Shown here: piece after piece, positions 27,257 through 35,421 of the stretch
Layout: the number at the start of each line of letters is the position of its first letter
Numbering within the stretch: position 1 is the first letter of the stretch
Assembly: GCA_944391235.1 (NCBI GenBank)
Contig: CALXSV010000117.1
Location: 1 to 35,421, forward strand
Reading direction: 5' to 3'
Length of the DNA stretch: 35,421 bases
Source of the DNA: an uncultured Clostridia bacterium
Lineage (GTDB): Bacteria; Bacillota; Dehalobacteriia; UBA4068
The notes under the pieces: model-generated
The model's input: the letters and a program-made list of their open reading frames with translations, nothing else
What the model was told of the DNA's origin: nothing
Databases searched by the model: none
Translations under genes and position numbers: made by a program

Positions 27257-28462
27257 ATGTCTGACAAGGAGTTTTGGCCTCAGGATGTGCAAACAGGTGA
27301 GGCGGTTGCAGAAAATAAAAAGTCTTGGTTTAAACGTCTGTCTTTTCCAAGAAAATTGTTATATATCCTGTTGTTTATCTTTGTGATCAGCTGGTGCTTT
27401 TTTCTGGGCCATCGTGCCTTTGGCTACGTATATGCACAGGAGCTGGAGGAAAAGGGTGTTTACACAGTAGATGGTACTTATTTTAATACGGCTGAAGATG
27501 CTTATGTTCCGGTGGAGCTGACGGGCATTAAAACCGTGCTGCTCATTGGTTGCGATACGCGCGAGGGCGATGTGGTAGCACGTAGTGATACCATTATGGT
27601 GGCCTTTCTTAATATGGATACCGGCTCGGTCAATCTGCTCTCCATTCCGCGGGATAGCTATGTGCGCATTCCGGGTTGGGGGTCCAGTAAAATTAACCAT
27701 GCCTTTGCCTATGGCGGGGTAACGCTTACACAGGCTACGGTAGAGTATTTACTGGGCATTACCATAGATGACTATGTTGTCATTGATTTCCAGGGCTTCC
27801 GCGAGGTGGTTGACGCCATTGGCGGTATAGAAATCGATGTGGATATGGATATGTATAACTATGGCGAAAATATTGATTTAAAGGCTGGCTTGCAAACGCT
27901 CAATGGCCAACAGGCCTTAGGTTATGTGCGCTATCGTGGCGCGGATTGCAGCGATTATCAGCGCATTGAGCATCAGCAGAATTTCCTTCAGGCGCTGATT
28001 GATAAATTGCTTTCTTTTTCTACCTTGCCTAAGATGGCCAGCATTATCAATATTGCGATGAGCAATGTTACCACGTCTCTTACTACTTTAAGTGCCAAGG
28101 ACTACGCCTCCTATGCATTGAAAATGGATTTGCAGAATATGAATACTTATACGGTACAGGGCACTTCTATGTACATGCTAACCAGCGGTGTATGGATTAG
28201 TTATGAGATAATTAACCAAAGCTCGCTTACCACGATTCTGAATGAGATTGCCGGAGATGGCTTCACCTTTTCACCCAATGTTGTAACCGATAATGGCCAA
28301 GGTCGGTATACCCTGCCGGACGATACCAGCGTTACCACAGATACACCAAGCGACGATGGCAGTTATTATGATGATGAAGAAATCCTGGATACTGTTGATA
28401 GCAGTGACGATACGCAGGAGACGGTTGATAGCAGTGAGACCTGGGAAGACAGTCAGGAATAG
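27257..28462 (+). CDS. LCP (LytR-CpsA-Psr) family cell-wall glycopolymer ligase
   Basis: Single TM; RSDTIMV, SIPRDSYV, KINHAFAYGG, ALGYVRYR, RIEHQQ; acidic low-complexity tail. Confidence 0.95.
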   Translation: MSDKEFWPQDVQTGEAVAENKKSWFKRLSFPRKLLYILLFIFVISWCFFLGHRAFGYVYAQELEEKGVYTVDGTYFNTAEDAYVPVELTGIKTVLLIGCDTREGDVVARSDTIMVAFLNMDTGSVNLLSIPRDSYVRIPGWGSSKINHAFAYGGVTLTQATVEYLLGITIDDYVVIDFQGFREVVDAIGGIEIDVDMDMYNYGENIDLKAGLQTLNGQQALGYVRYRGADCSDYQRIEHQQNFLQALIDKLLSFSTLPKMASIINIAMSNVTTSLTTLSAKDYASYALKMDLQNMNTYTVQGTSMYMLTSGVWISYEIINQSSLTTILNEIAGDGFTFSPNVVTDNGQGRYTLPDDTSVTTDTPSDDGSYYDDEEILDTVDSSDDTQETVDSSETWEDSQE

Positions 28463-28474
28463 CAGGAGTTTAGC

Positions 28475-29215
28475 ATGCTGAGAGTTTTGGGTATTCGGGT
28501 GGATGAATATGATATGCAGCAAAGCCTCGATAAAATCGGGGCTTTGCTTTCCTGTGCGCAGCCCTATACGCAGCAGGTTGTTACCATTAATCCAGAAGGC
28601 GTGTGGCTGGCGCATGCGGATAATCAATTGGCACAGATTGTCGAGCAGGCTGCTGTAGTAACAGCGGATGGTAATGGCATTCTATGGGCGGCCAGAAAGC
28701 TGGGACGGCCCTTAAAGGAGCGCGTTGCGGGAATCGAGCTGATGGAGAAGCTGTGCCAACGTGCAGCTGATAAAGGCTGGCGTATCTACCTTCTGGGTGC
28801 CAAACCGGGTTTTGCAGCGCAGGCAGCGCAGGTATTAGAGACTACCTATGCTGGGCTCAACATCGTTGGTACGGAAAACGGCTATTTTCGTGAGCGGGAA
28901 GCAGATGTCATTTCAGCAATTCGTCTAGCTAAGCCGGATCTGCTTTTTGTCGCCCTGGGTATGCCCTTTCAGGAGCAGTGGATTTATACACATCGCAAGG
29001 AGCTGGGCTGTAAGGTGGCTATTGGTGTGGGCGGTAGTCTGGACGTGCTTTCTGGTCATGTAAAGCGTGCGCCGCAGTTGTGGCAAAAGCTTAAGCTGGA
29101 ATGGCTGTGGCGGCTTTTATCAGATTTAAAACGCTGGCGGCGTTATCTGGTGATTCCCCGGTTTATGCATGCGGTAAAAAAAGAAGCGCAGTATTTGCAA
29201 AAGGAGAAAGCATAA
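28475..29215 (+). CDS. tagA: WecB/TagA/CpsF family glycosyltransferase
   Basis: VVTINPE, TADGNG, ERVAGIELM, VALGMP.QE, GVGGSLDV, KRAP, LEWLWRL. Confidence 0.92.
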   Translation: MLRVLGIRVDEYDMQQSLDKIGALLSCAQPYTQQVVTINPEGVWLAHADNQLAQIVEQAAVVTADGNGILWAARKLGRPLKERVAGIELMEKLCQRAADKGWRIYLLGAKPGFAAQAAQVLETTYAGLNIVGTENGYFREREADVISAIRLAKPDLLFVALGMPFQEQWIYTHRKELGCKVAIGVGGSLDVLSGHVKRAPQLWQKLKLEWLWRLLSDLKRWRRYLVIPRFMHAVKKEAQYLQKEKA

Positions 29216-29219
29216 AACG

Positions 29220-29255
29220 AAACAGGCGTACCTCCTACGAGCTACGCCTGTTTTT
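29220..29255. terminator. Bidirectional terminator between tagA and the SASP gene
   Basis: AAACAGGCGTA...TACGCCTGTTTTT. Confidence 0.75.
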
Positions 29256-29292
29256 ATATTGGGGCAAAATCCCTTGCTGCCAAATGTCCAGC

Positions 29293-29550
29293 TTAGTTCT
29301 GCTGGGACTGGATGGTCTGCGAGGCATTGTTCACGGAACCGGTCTGACCCTGAGCCAGAGCCTGTTCAGCGAAAGCGACCATTTTACGGGTCATATTGCC
29401 GCCGACATAACCGTTCTGACGAGAAGAGAGCTGACCCTTATCGATCTGATCGTAGTTGGCAATGCCCAGTTCGTTGGCAACTTCCATTTTGAAATTGTTC
29501 AGAGCGCTGGAAGCGGCCGGAACAGTAGGAGTGTTGTTGCTTTTTGCCAT
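29293..29550 (-). CDS. Alpha/beta-type small acid-soluble spore protein
   Basis: AAAGGAGGTG then ATG 29550; VPAA..AL..FKMEVANELG, LSSRQNGYVGG.MT.KMV..AE. Confidence 0.93.
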   Translation of the reverse strand: MAKSNNTPTVPAASSALNNFKMEVANELGIANYDQIDKGQLSSRQNGYVGGNMTRKMVAFAEQALAQGQTGSVNNASQTIQSQQN

Positions 29551-29582
29551 GGTGTGTTCACCTCCTTTGACGTTGTTGATTG

Positions 29583-29612
29583 TATTGTGAGCATTTTTCT
29601 GACGCTTTATGT
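29583..29612 (-). promoter_or_regulatory. Putative sigma-G promoter of the SASP gene
   Basis: Minus-strand ACATA-18-CACAATA, close to GHATR-18-CAYAHTA. Confidence 0.5.
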
Positions 29613-29644
29613 CATACAAAATTTTCCTTATTTTCGTATGGCAG

Positions 29645-30613
29645 TTAGCGTATAAAATCATTGTAATTTTCTACTGTGCAATCCGGATGCGCATAGATGG
29701 CACAGGCAGCAGCAATGATTTCCGACTGGTTTTCAATTAATTCGTCGATATCGCGCGGCGTAACCATAAGTTGGCCGCGGAATACGGACAAAAGCTGCTT
29801 TTCCGCATATTCACGCGCTATATCATCGAGATCTGGCGGTAAAACCATGGCGCGCTGACGCCAGTTATCTGCCAGAGCGCTAATGGTTTCGTTAATGATG
29901 GCTGCGCTATCTACAACTGTTGGTACGCCAAGAGCAATCATGTGGCAGCCCAGTGTGTCGTCATTGATAGGGCGTATTTGTCCGCCAACTCCACTGCCCG
30001 GACTGATACCGCTGTCATTAAGCTGTATGGTGGTTCCAACACGGCGAATGGAAGCCGCGGCGAGAGAATCAATAACAATGACCGCGGTTGGCTGGATTTC
30101 CCTACACACACTGCGCAGCAAATCCAGGGTGGCAATGCCGGAGCTACCTTGCACTCCGGGCGCAATCAGGCAGACTTTGCCCAGTCCGGATGGATGCTCG
30201 CGCGCGGAAAACAGCTGGCGGGTTGCATAGCTTAATGAGATGACGCGCGGACCCAATGAATCTGCTACCGCGCAGTTGTTACCCAGTCCCGCCAGCAACA
30301 GCGTACCATCCTGTAAAGGAGGCAGCAGACGCGATATTTCTTGCGCTAATAGTTTTACTGTGTCCGTAAACGCAGTGCTGTTGTCTAAAATGGGTGTATC
30401 TATGGTAATATAACGACCGCAGGGTTTGTTGATGGCGCGGCTTCCTTGTTCGTTTAATACAGTAATCGTATGCACGGTGGCGTTGTTTTCCTGTCTTACT
30501 TCTTCATTAATCCCCGCTATTTCCACATTGGCGGCTCCGCGGAGCAAGGCCGTGGCTTCGCAGGCCAAATCCAGGCGGCTGGCTAAGCCCGGCAAATTAT
30601 AAAAGTTTTGCAT
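29645..30613 (-). CDS. gpr: Spore germination protease GPR
   Basis: RLDLACEA propeptide region, GRYITID, GLGN...ADSLGP, APGV, VIDSLAA, GISPGSGVG, GVPTVVD, LMVTPRDID. Confidence 0.93.
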   Translation of the reverse strand: MQNFYNLPGLASRLDLACEATALLRGAANVEIAGINEEVRQENNATVHTITVLNEQGSRAINKPCGRYITIDTPILDNSTAFTDTVKLLAQEISRLLPPLQDGTLLLAGLGNNCAVADSLGPRVISLSYATRQLFSAREHPSGLGKVCLIAPGVQGSSGIATLDLLRSVCREIQPTAVIVIDSLAAASIRRVGTTIQLNDSGISPGSGVGGQIRPINDDTLGCHMIALGVPTVVDSAAIINETISALADNWRQRAMVLPPDLDDIAREYAEKQLLSVFRGQLMVTPRDIDELIENQSEIIAAACAIYAHPDCTVENYNDFIR

Positions 30614-30790
30614 GTTCCACTCCTTTTTAAGTTGTTTTTCTTATTTTGTGCGCTGTTGAGAAAATTATCGTCATTTTCTTATTATAAAAAGTTTTAATTA
30701 TAAAAAAGGCAGGAACAGTCGGCTAGGGCGCGAAATATTAAAAATTAAGGGATTATGTGTATAAAGGATAATTCCTCTTAGGAGTTTCGT

Positions 30791-31342
30791 ATGCGAATTA
30801 TTTCCGGCAGAGCAAGAGGCCGCCGGCTGCTCACGCTGAAAGGGCAGCATACCCGGCCGACTGCGGATCGTGTAAAAGAAGCGGTTTTTTCTACGCTTAC
30901 GGCTTATTTGGCAGAGGCAAGGGTGCTGGATGCTTTTGCTGGCAGCGGCGCCTTGGGTCTGGAAGCCATGAGCAGAGGCGCGGCACAAGCTGTATTTATT
31001 GAGGCAGATTTCTCTGCCGCAGGAATATGCGCAAAAAATATTTCTTTACTTGGTTTTGATAACTGCCGACTGATAAAGGGCGATTGTTTTAAAGTGATGG
31101 CCGCTTTGTCCAGAAAGCAGCAGTTTGATTTAATTTTTCTTGACCCGCCGTATAATCGTGGATTGCTGAATCAGGCCATGACTGTGATTGCGCAGCAGCA
31201 TTTGCTGTCAGATGATGGGATTGTTGTGGCTGAGACAACAGCGAAGGACAGCGAATTTTCGCCGGATGAAAACTGGCGGCTGATAAAAAGCAGCACCTAT
31301 GGTATAACGGCAGTGCATTATTGCTGTTATGCAAATATGTAA
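30791..31342 (+). CDS. rsmD: 16S rRNA (guanine966-N2)-methyltransferase
   Basis: MRIISG.ARGR.L, TRPTADRVKEA.F, LDAFAGSGALGLEA.SRGA, FDLIFLDPPY. Confidence 0.96.
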   Translation: MRIISGRARGRRLLTLKGQHTRPTADRVKEAVFSTLTAYLAEARVLDAFAGSGALGLEAMSRGAAQAVFIEADFSAAGICAKNISLLGFDNCRLIKGDCFKVMAALSRKQQFDLIFLDPPYNRGLLNQAMTVIAQQHLLSDDGIVVAETTAKDSEFSPDENWRLIKSSTYGITAVHYCCYANM

Positions 31343-31399
31343 ATTTGCGGGTGCTGATCGGATATTCGTTTGATTTGTGCACAAGGAGGCGTACATAAA

Positions 31400-31924
31400 A
31401 TGGCAGAAAATACAGATAGCTTAGGCATGGCAACAATACTCAAGGAAATGGAGGAGGCAATTAGCTCTGCCTCTAAGGTTCCACTATCCAGTAAGGTTAT
31501 GATAGACGCGGATGTCATGCTGGATTATGTGGATAAAATTTACGCCGCATTGCCTGATGAGTTGAAAAAGGCGCAGCAGGTTTTGGATCATAGCGATAAG
31601 TTGCTGGAAACCATAGAAGACCGCAGTAAACGGATTATTTCCGAGGCGCGGGAGCAAGCGGAGCAGCTTACCCAGGAAACAGAGATTTACCGCGAGGCTA
31701 CGCTGCGTGCGCAGGAGATGCTCAAGCGGGCGGAATTGGCTAGCATACAGCTACGCCATGAGTCCATTATGTATTGCGACGATGTACTGCGTCAATTGGA
31801 AGAAAATATTAATCATACGCTGAATAGCATTCACCAGAACCGCGAGGATCTGAAGGGCTTTAAGTATTATTCGCTGGACGGAATTGATATGAGCCTAATT
31901 CAGGAGAAAAAGGACGAAAAATAA
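31400..31924 (+). CDS. Conserved coiled-coil protein (ATP synthase b/DivIVA-like; usually found after coaD)
   Basis: AAGGAGG then ATG 31400; KVPLSSKVMID, LPDELKKAQ, II.EA...AE.L....EI...A. Confidence 0.8.
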   Translation: MAENTDSLGMATILKEMEEAISSASKVPLSSKVMIDADVMLDYVDKIYAALPDELKKAQQVLDHSDKLLETIEDRSKRIISEAREQAEQLTQETEIYREATLRAQEMLKRAELASIQLRHESIMYCDDVLRQLEENINHTLNSIHQNREDLKGFKYYSLDGIDMSLIQEKKDEK

Positions 31925-31941
31925 GCTGCATAAAAATAACG

Positions 31942-33072
31942 TTAAAACCCAGTTTTGGCGTTATTTTTTTTTGCCCTTCTGTTATAGCTGGCTTTGCGCC
32001 TGGAAGTAATCCTAGCCATGCCCAGCCATAGCAAAACAATGGTCATAGCAGTTATGAGACTGTATGTAAGCGGGGAAATAGAATGGACAGCCTCAATCGG
32101 CAGCGTACTGGTTTGCTGTACAATGTGGGGAAGCAGCAAGGCTGTGTATATACAGGCTGCAGCTGCATGCAATGGTCGGCAAATCAAATAGAGCCGTGGG
32201 CTGATGTCTGTGTCCGATACCATTGCCAGCACCTGCATTTGCACGGAAAAACCGCCAAAAGCCAGTATCGCTGCGGCAAGTGGCAGCGCCAGCGCCAGGG
32301 GTAAGCCACTGGTAGACAATGTGTCTATCCCTAGTGACATTTCCCATACACCGCTTAACATGGCGCGCAGCATTGGGGTGATGCTGCTGGGAAGAATGAG
32401 GCAGATCAACTCGGCTAAAACGGAGAAAAAGGCCATGTAGCAGCCAATAATCAAAATGTTGTTAGTGGCGGCACGGGCTGCCTCTTTCATCAAGTTGCCC
32501 AGACTGCCGGGCGGTGTCGCTGTGCTGGGTAGGGCTGTCGCAGCGGATGTTTTGCTGCTGCGGCTAAACAGGCCCAGAATAATACCCAGCAGTAAGTCCA
32601 GCCCATAGTGTCCGCTGGCCAGCAGCATTGCTGCTGCTGGTTGTCCAAATAAGCCAGCGGCTACGGCTACTGTTATGTACAGAGGGCCGGCATTGTTGGT
32701 AAAGGCAAGCAGACGCGCGGCCTCCTCTCGGCTAATCAGACCTTGCCGGCGTAAATCCGCTGTGACTGCGGCGCCGGTGGGAAAGCCTGAACAAAAGCCA
32801 AGAACTATAGCAAGCGAGGCTGCGCCAGGCAGGTTGAATAACGGCCGCATAAACGGAGCAAAGCAGTGTCCAGCCGCCTGGGCTGCGCCTATGGAAATCA
32901 GCAGATTACTAATAATAAAAAAGGGCAGTAAAGAGGGGACAATGACTTCCCACCATAGATGTAGGCCGTTCATTGCCGCAGCAACGCTCTGCTGCGGCAG
33001 TAGCAGCATGCTTATGGCCATCACTGCCAATGTCATGCCGAGGAAGATGCTTAAGTATTTTTTTCGTTTCAT
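31942..33072 (-). CDS. ylbJ: Sporulation integral membrane protein YlbJ
   Basis: GL.LWW.VI.PSLLPFFI, MRPLFNLPG, SGFPTGA, FTNNAGPLY, EMSLG, FGGFSV.MQV. Confidence 0.9.
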   Translation of the reverse strand: MKRKKYLSIFLGMTLAVMAISMLLLPQQSVAAAMNGLHLWWEVIVPSLLPFFIISNLLISIGAAQAAGHCFAPFMRPLFNLPGAASLAIVLGFCSGFPTGAAVTADLRRQGLISREEAARLLAFTNNAGPLYITVAVAAGLFGQPAAAMLLASGHYGLDLLLGIILGLFSRSSKTSAATALPSTATPPGSLGNLMKEAARAATNNILIIGCYMAFFSVLAELICLILPSSITPMLRAMLSGVWEMSLGIDTLSTSGLPLALALPLAAAILAFGGFSVQMQVLAMVSDTDISPRLYLICRPLHAAAACIYTALLLPHIVQQTSTLPIEAVHSISPLTYSLITAMTIVLLWLGMARITSRRKASYNRRAKKNNAKTGF

Positions 33073-33115
33073 AGCGATTTTCTCCGTTTTTGCCCTATTA
33101 AGCAGGGTTTTTCTG

Positions 33116-33144
33116 TTGATTTAATAATTTCTATGTGTTATACT
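33116..33144 (+). promoter_or_regulatory. Sigma-A promoter of ackA (TTGATT-17-TATACT, extended -10)
   Basis: TTGATT at 33116-33121; TGtTATACT ending at 33144. Confidence 0.65.
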
Positions 33145-33185
33145 ATGCTTCAGGGTTTTATTTATTTATATTTGGAGGTCTACTC

Positions 33186-34376
33186 ATGAAAATTTTGGTT
33201 TTGAACTGCGGTTCTTCTTCCCTCAAATATCAGCTCTTTAATATGGATGACGAGAGCGTTATGGCGAAAGGCCTGGTTGAAAAAATTGGTCTTTCCGATT
33301 CCATTCTTACACATCAGCCTGCCAATCAGGATAAGGTTAAAATCGAGACCTCTATTCCCGAACATGGTGTAGCGATTGAGTTGGTGGTTAAAGCTCTGCT
33401 GGACGAAAAACACGGCGTAATCAAGGACATGAAAGAAATTGATGCCGTTGGTCACCGCACCATCCACGGCGGCACCAGCTTTACGGAATCCTGCATTATT
33501 ACGGATGACGTGATCGCCGAGATGGAGCGCCTGGTTGATTTGGCGCCGCTGCACAATCCGCCGAGTATTCTTGGTATCCGTGCTTGCCAGGATAAGATGC
33601 CTGGGATTCCTATGGTTGGCGTTTTTGATACCGCTTTTCATCAAACCATGGATGCCGCACATTATCTCTATGGTCTGCCTTATGAATATTATGAAAAATA
33701 TCAGATGCGCCGTTTTGGCTTCCACGGTACTTCGCATCGTTTCGTATCCATCCGTTGCCGTGAATTGCTGGGCAACCCCGAGCATAGCAAAATCATTACC
33801 TGCCACTTGGGTAACGGCTCTTCCATTGCTGCTATTGTAGATGGCAAAGTCATTGACACCTCCATGGGCTATACGCCGCTGGAAGGTCTGGTCATGGGTA
33901 CCCGCTGCGGCGATCTGGATCCGGCTATCCTGCCCTTCCTGATGAGAAAAGAGGGTCTGGACGCTGACGCGCTGGATGCAGTCATCAATAAAAAATCTGG
34001 TTTGCTGGGCATTTCTGGCGTAAGCTCTGACATGCGAGATATTGAAGCTGCAGCAGCGGATGGCAACGAGCGCGCACAGGTGGCAATGGAAATTTTCCGC
34101 AAAACCGTTATTCATTACATTGGCGCTTATGCCGCGGAGATGAATGGTGTAGATGCCATCCTCTTTACCGCTGGTATTGGTGAAAACGATATTGCAAACC
34201 GTGCGGCAATCTGTGAGAATTTGAGTTATTTGGGCGTAGAGTTTGATAAAGAGGCCAATGACTGCCGTGGCAAGGAAGTTATGATCAGCACGCCAAACTC
34301 TAAGGTAAAAGTATTTGTTATCCCCACTAATGAGGAGCTGATGATTGCCCGCGACACCGCTGCCTTAGTAAAATAA
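33186..34376 (+). CDS. ackA: Acetate kinase
   Basis: GGAGG then ATG 33186; LNCGSSSLKYQL, APLHNP, FDTAFH, GFHGTSH, HLGNGSS, MGTRCGD, PTNEELMIA. Confidence 0.98.
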   Translation: MKILVLNCGSSSLKYQLFNMDDESVMAKGLVEKIGLSDSILTHQPANQDKVKIETSIPEHGVAIELVVKALLDEKHGVIKDMKEIDAVGHRTIHGGTSFTESCIITDDVIAEMERLVDLAPLHNPPSILGIRACQDKMPGIPMVGVFDTAFHQTMDAAHYLYGLPYEYYEKYQMRRFGFHGTSHRFVSIRCRELLGNPEHSKIITCHLGNGSSIAAIVDGKVIDTSMGYTPLEGLVMGTRCGDLDPAILPFLMRKEGLDADALDAVINKKSGLLGISGVSSDMRDIEAAAADGNERAQVAMEIFRKTVIHYIGAYAAEMNGVDAILFTAGIGENDIANRAAICENLSYLGVEFDKEANDCRGKEVMISTPNSKVKVFVIPTNEELMIARDTAALVK

Positions 34377-34403
34377 TTTTGGTACCTGCTACATTCGGTT
34401 TCG

Positions 34404-34437
34404 GTGGAGCAGCGTCTTAGCGGCGCTGCTCCACTTT
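34404..34437 (+). terminator. Terminator after ackA
   Basis: GTGGAGCAGCGTC-ttagc-GGCGCTGCTCCAC-TTT. Confidence 0.75.
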
Positions 34438-34486
34438 ACGCCAAGCAATGTATGCACGCTGTGGCGGATTTTTTCTAGCATAGCAG

Positions 34487-34515
34487 TTGACAGCGGCGAA
34501 TTATATCTGTATAAT
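34487..34515 (+). promoter_or_regulatory. Consensus sigma-A promoter of DUF177-rpmF (TTGACA-17-TATAAT)
   Basis: Exact TTGACA at 34487-34492 and TATAAT at 34510-34515. Confidence 0.9.
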
Positions 34516-34532
34516 ATTCCGGGAGCATAATC

Positions 34533-35063
34533 ATGAAAGTCTCGATAGCAAAAATTAAAAGCAAAGCTGCTATGGCTGTTGATTTTACCTTTACAGAGAC
34601 TATCCATGCCGCAGATTATGGCTACGATGATTTTGTCGTAGCTGGTTTGGCGTCTGTTTCTGGCAAAATAGTTAATTTGGGGCTGGGTGTAGATAACAGC
34701 GGTCAGTACCAGGCGGATATTCATTATCAGACTGAAATTGAATTGATATGCAGCCGCTGTGTTAAGCCTTTTACTATTCCTGTTGAAGGTGCGCTGTGCG
34801 CGCAGTTTGTAGATGGCGCGCCAGATGAAAGCGATGGCGAGGCAGACATCTTTTCTATTGAAAAAGATCATGCAGATATTGCTGCGGTTGTTTTGTCAGA
34901 AATCTTTTTTACCCTGCCGATGCAGCCCCTCTGCCGGGAGGATTGCAAGGGTTTGTGTCCCAAATGCGGAGTTGACCTAAATGTAAACAGCTGTTCCTGC
35001 GAGCGGGTTGCTATTGACCCCCGTTGGGAAAAGTTAAAGAGTTTGTTACCAACCGAAGATTGA
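34533..35063 (+). CDS. yceD: YceD/DUF177 family protein
   Basis: CSRC, LPMQPLCREDCKGLCPKCG.DLN...C.C....DPRW.KL; precedes rpmF. Confidence 0.93.
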   Translation: MKVSIAKIKSKAAMAVDFTFTETIHAADYGYDDFVVAGLASVSGKIVNLGLGVDNSGQYQADIHYQTEIELICSRCVKPFTIPVEGALCAQFVDGAPDESDGEADIFSIEKDHADIAAVVLSEIFFTLPMQPLCREDCKGLCPKCGVDLNVNSCSCERVAIDPRWEKLKSLLPTED

Positions 35064-35081
35064 GAAAGGAGTGCTTGAGTA

Positions 35082-35273
35082 ATGGGCGTCCCGAAAGGAA
35101 AAACTTCCAAAGCCAATCGTCGTATGAACAGAGCTTCCCGCTATACCTCGGAAGCACCGGCGCTGGCTGTTTGTCCGAAGTGCCATGCATTGAAACAGCC
35201 GCATCATGTTTGCATGAGCTGCGGTTACTATAATGACAAGGCTGTCTTGGTCAAAAAATGGAGCAATGACTAA
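35082..35273 (+). CDS. rpmF: 50S ribosomal protein L32 (zinc-ribbon form)
   Basis: MGVPKGKTSKA, CPKC...PHHVCMSCGYY. Confidence 0.97.
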   Translation: MGVPKGKTSKANRRMNRASRYTSEAPALAVCPKCHALKQPHHVCMSCGYYNDKAVLVKKWSND

Positions 35274-35280
35274 TTAGCGC

Positions 35281-35315
35281 AAAAGGGGCTCAATACTTGT
35301 TATTGAGCCTTTTTT
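35281..35315 (+). terminator. Terminator after rpmF
   Basis: AAAAGGGGCTCAATA-cttgt-TATTGAGCCTTTTTT. Confidence 0.8.
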
Positions 35316-35373
35316 CATATCATGTACGATTTATATACCGTTTTTATGAGTGATATTCGCGAGGAGGTCTTTT

Positions 35374-35421
35374 ATGCGAATTGCTATTGATGCCATGGGC
35401 GGGGATCATGCGCCGGAGGCC
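35374..35421 (+). CDS. plsX: Phosphate acyltransferase PlsX, N-terminus (cut by window edge)
   Basis: GAGGAGG then MRIAIDAMGGDHAPEA; usual position after rpmF. Confidence 0.92.
   Translation, partial: MRIAIDAMGGDHAPEA

Noticed and set aside
29101-29655. 184-aa plus-strand ORF across the tagA end and the SASP gene
   Set aside because: Antisense to the SASP gene and crosses a terminator.

Overview
Chromosomal window from a spore-forming Firmicute (Clostridia/Peptococcales-like, inferred from gene content). It has three parts. (1) 1-8290 is the right end of an accessory redox/detoxification gene run: flavodoxins, a DUF4405 membrane protein, DUF1893, a DUF362 lipoprotein, an FGE-sulfatase/flavodoxin lipoprotein, flavin reductase, cupin, aldo-keto reductase, a CMD-family protein, a Nudix relic and an ArsP-like permease. 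Four of these genes are pseudogenes, and the run ends at a decayed IS200-family element. (2) 8370-13640 holds a probably leaderless DMT transporter, a small membrane protein, and a five-gene YtrA-type GntR/ABC cassette with a 53-bp double-palindrome operator over its promoter. (3) 13813-35421 is core genome: valS, folC, maf, minCDE, two paralogous amidohydrolases, smc, ftsY, hpf, LCP, tagA, SASP, gpr, rsmD, a coiled-coil protein, ylbJ, ackA, DUF177, rpmF and the start of plsX. The core block lacks several usual neighbours: radC-mreBCD-pbp2 and rodA around minCDE, coaD after rsmD, and a T-box before valS. MinC is reduced to its C-terminal domain. No rRNA, tRNA or CRISPR array was seen. Family assignments come from motif recognition by eye, not database searches, and nothing here is proven novel.
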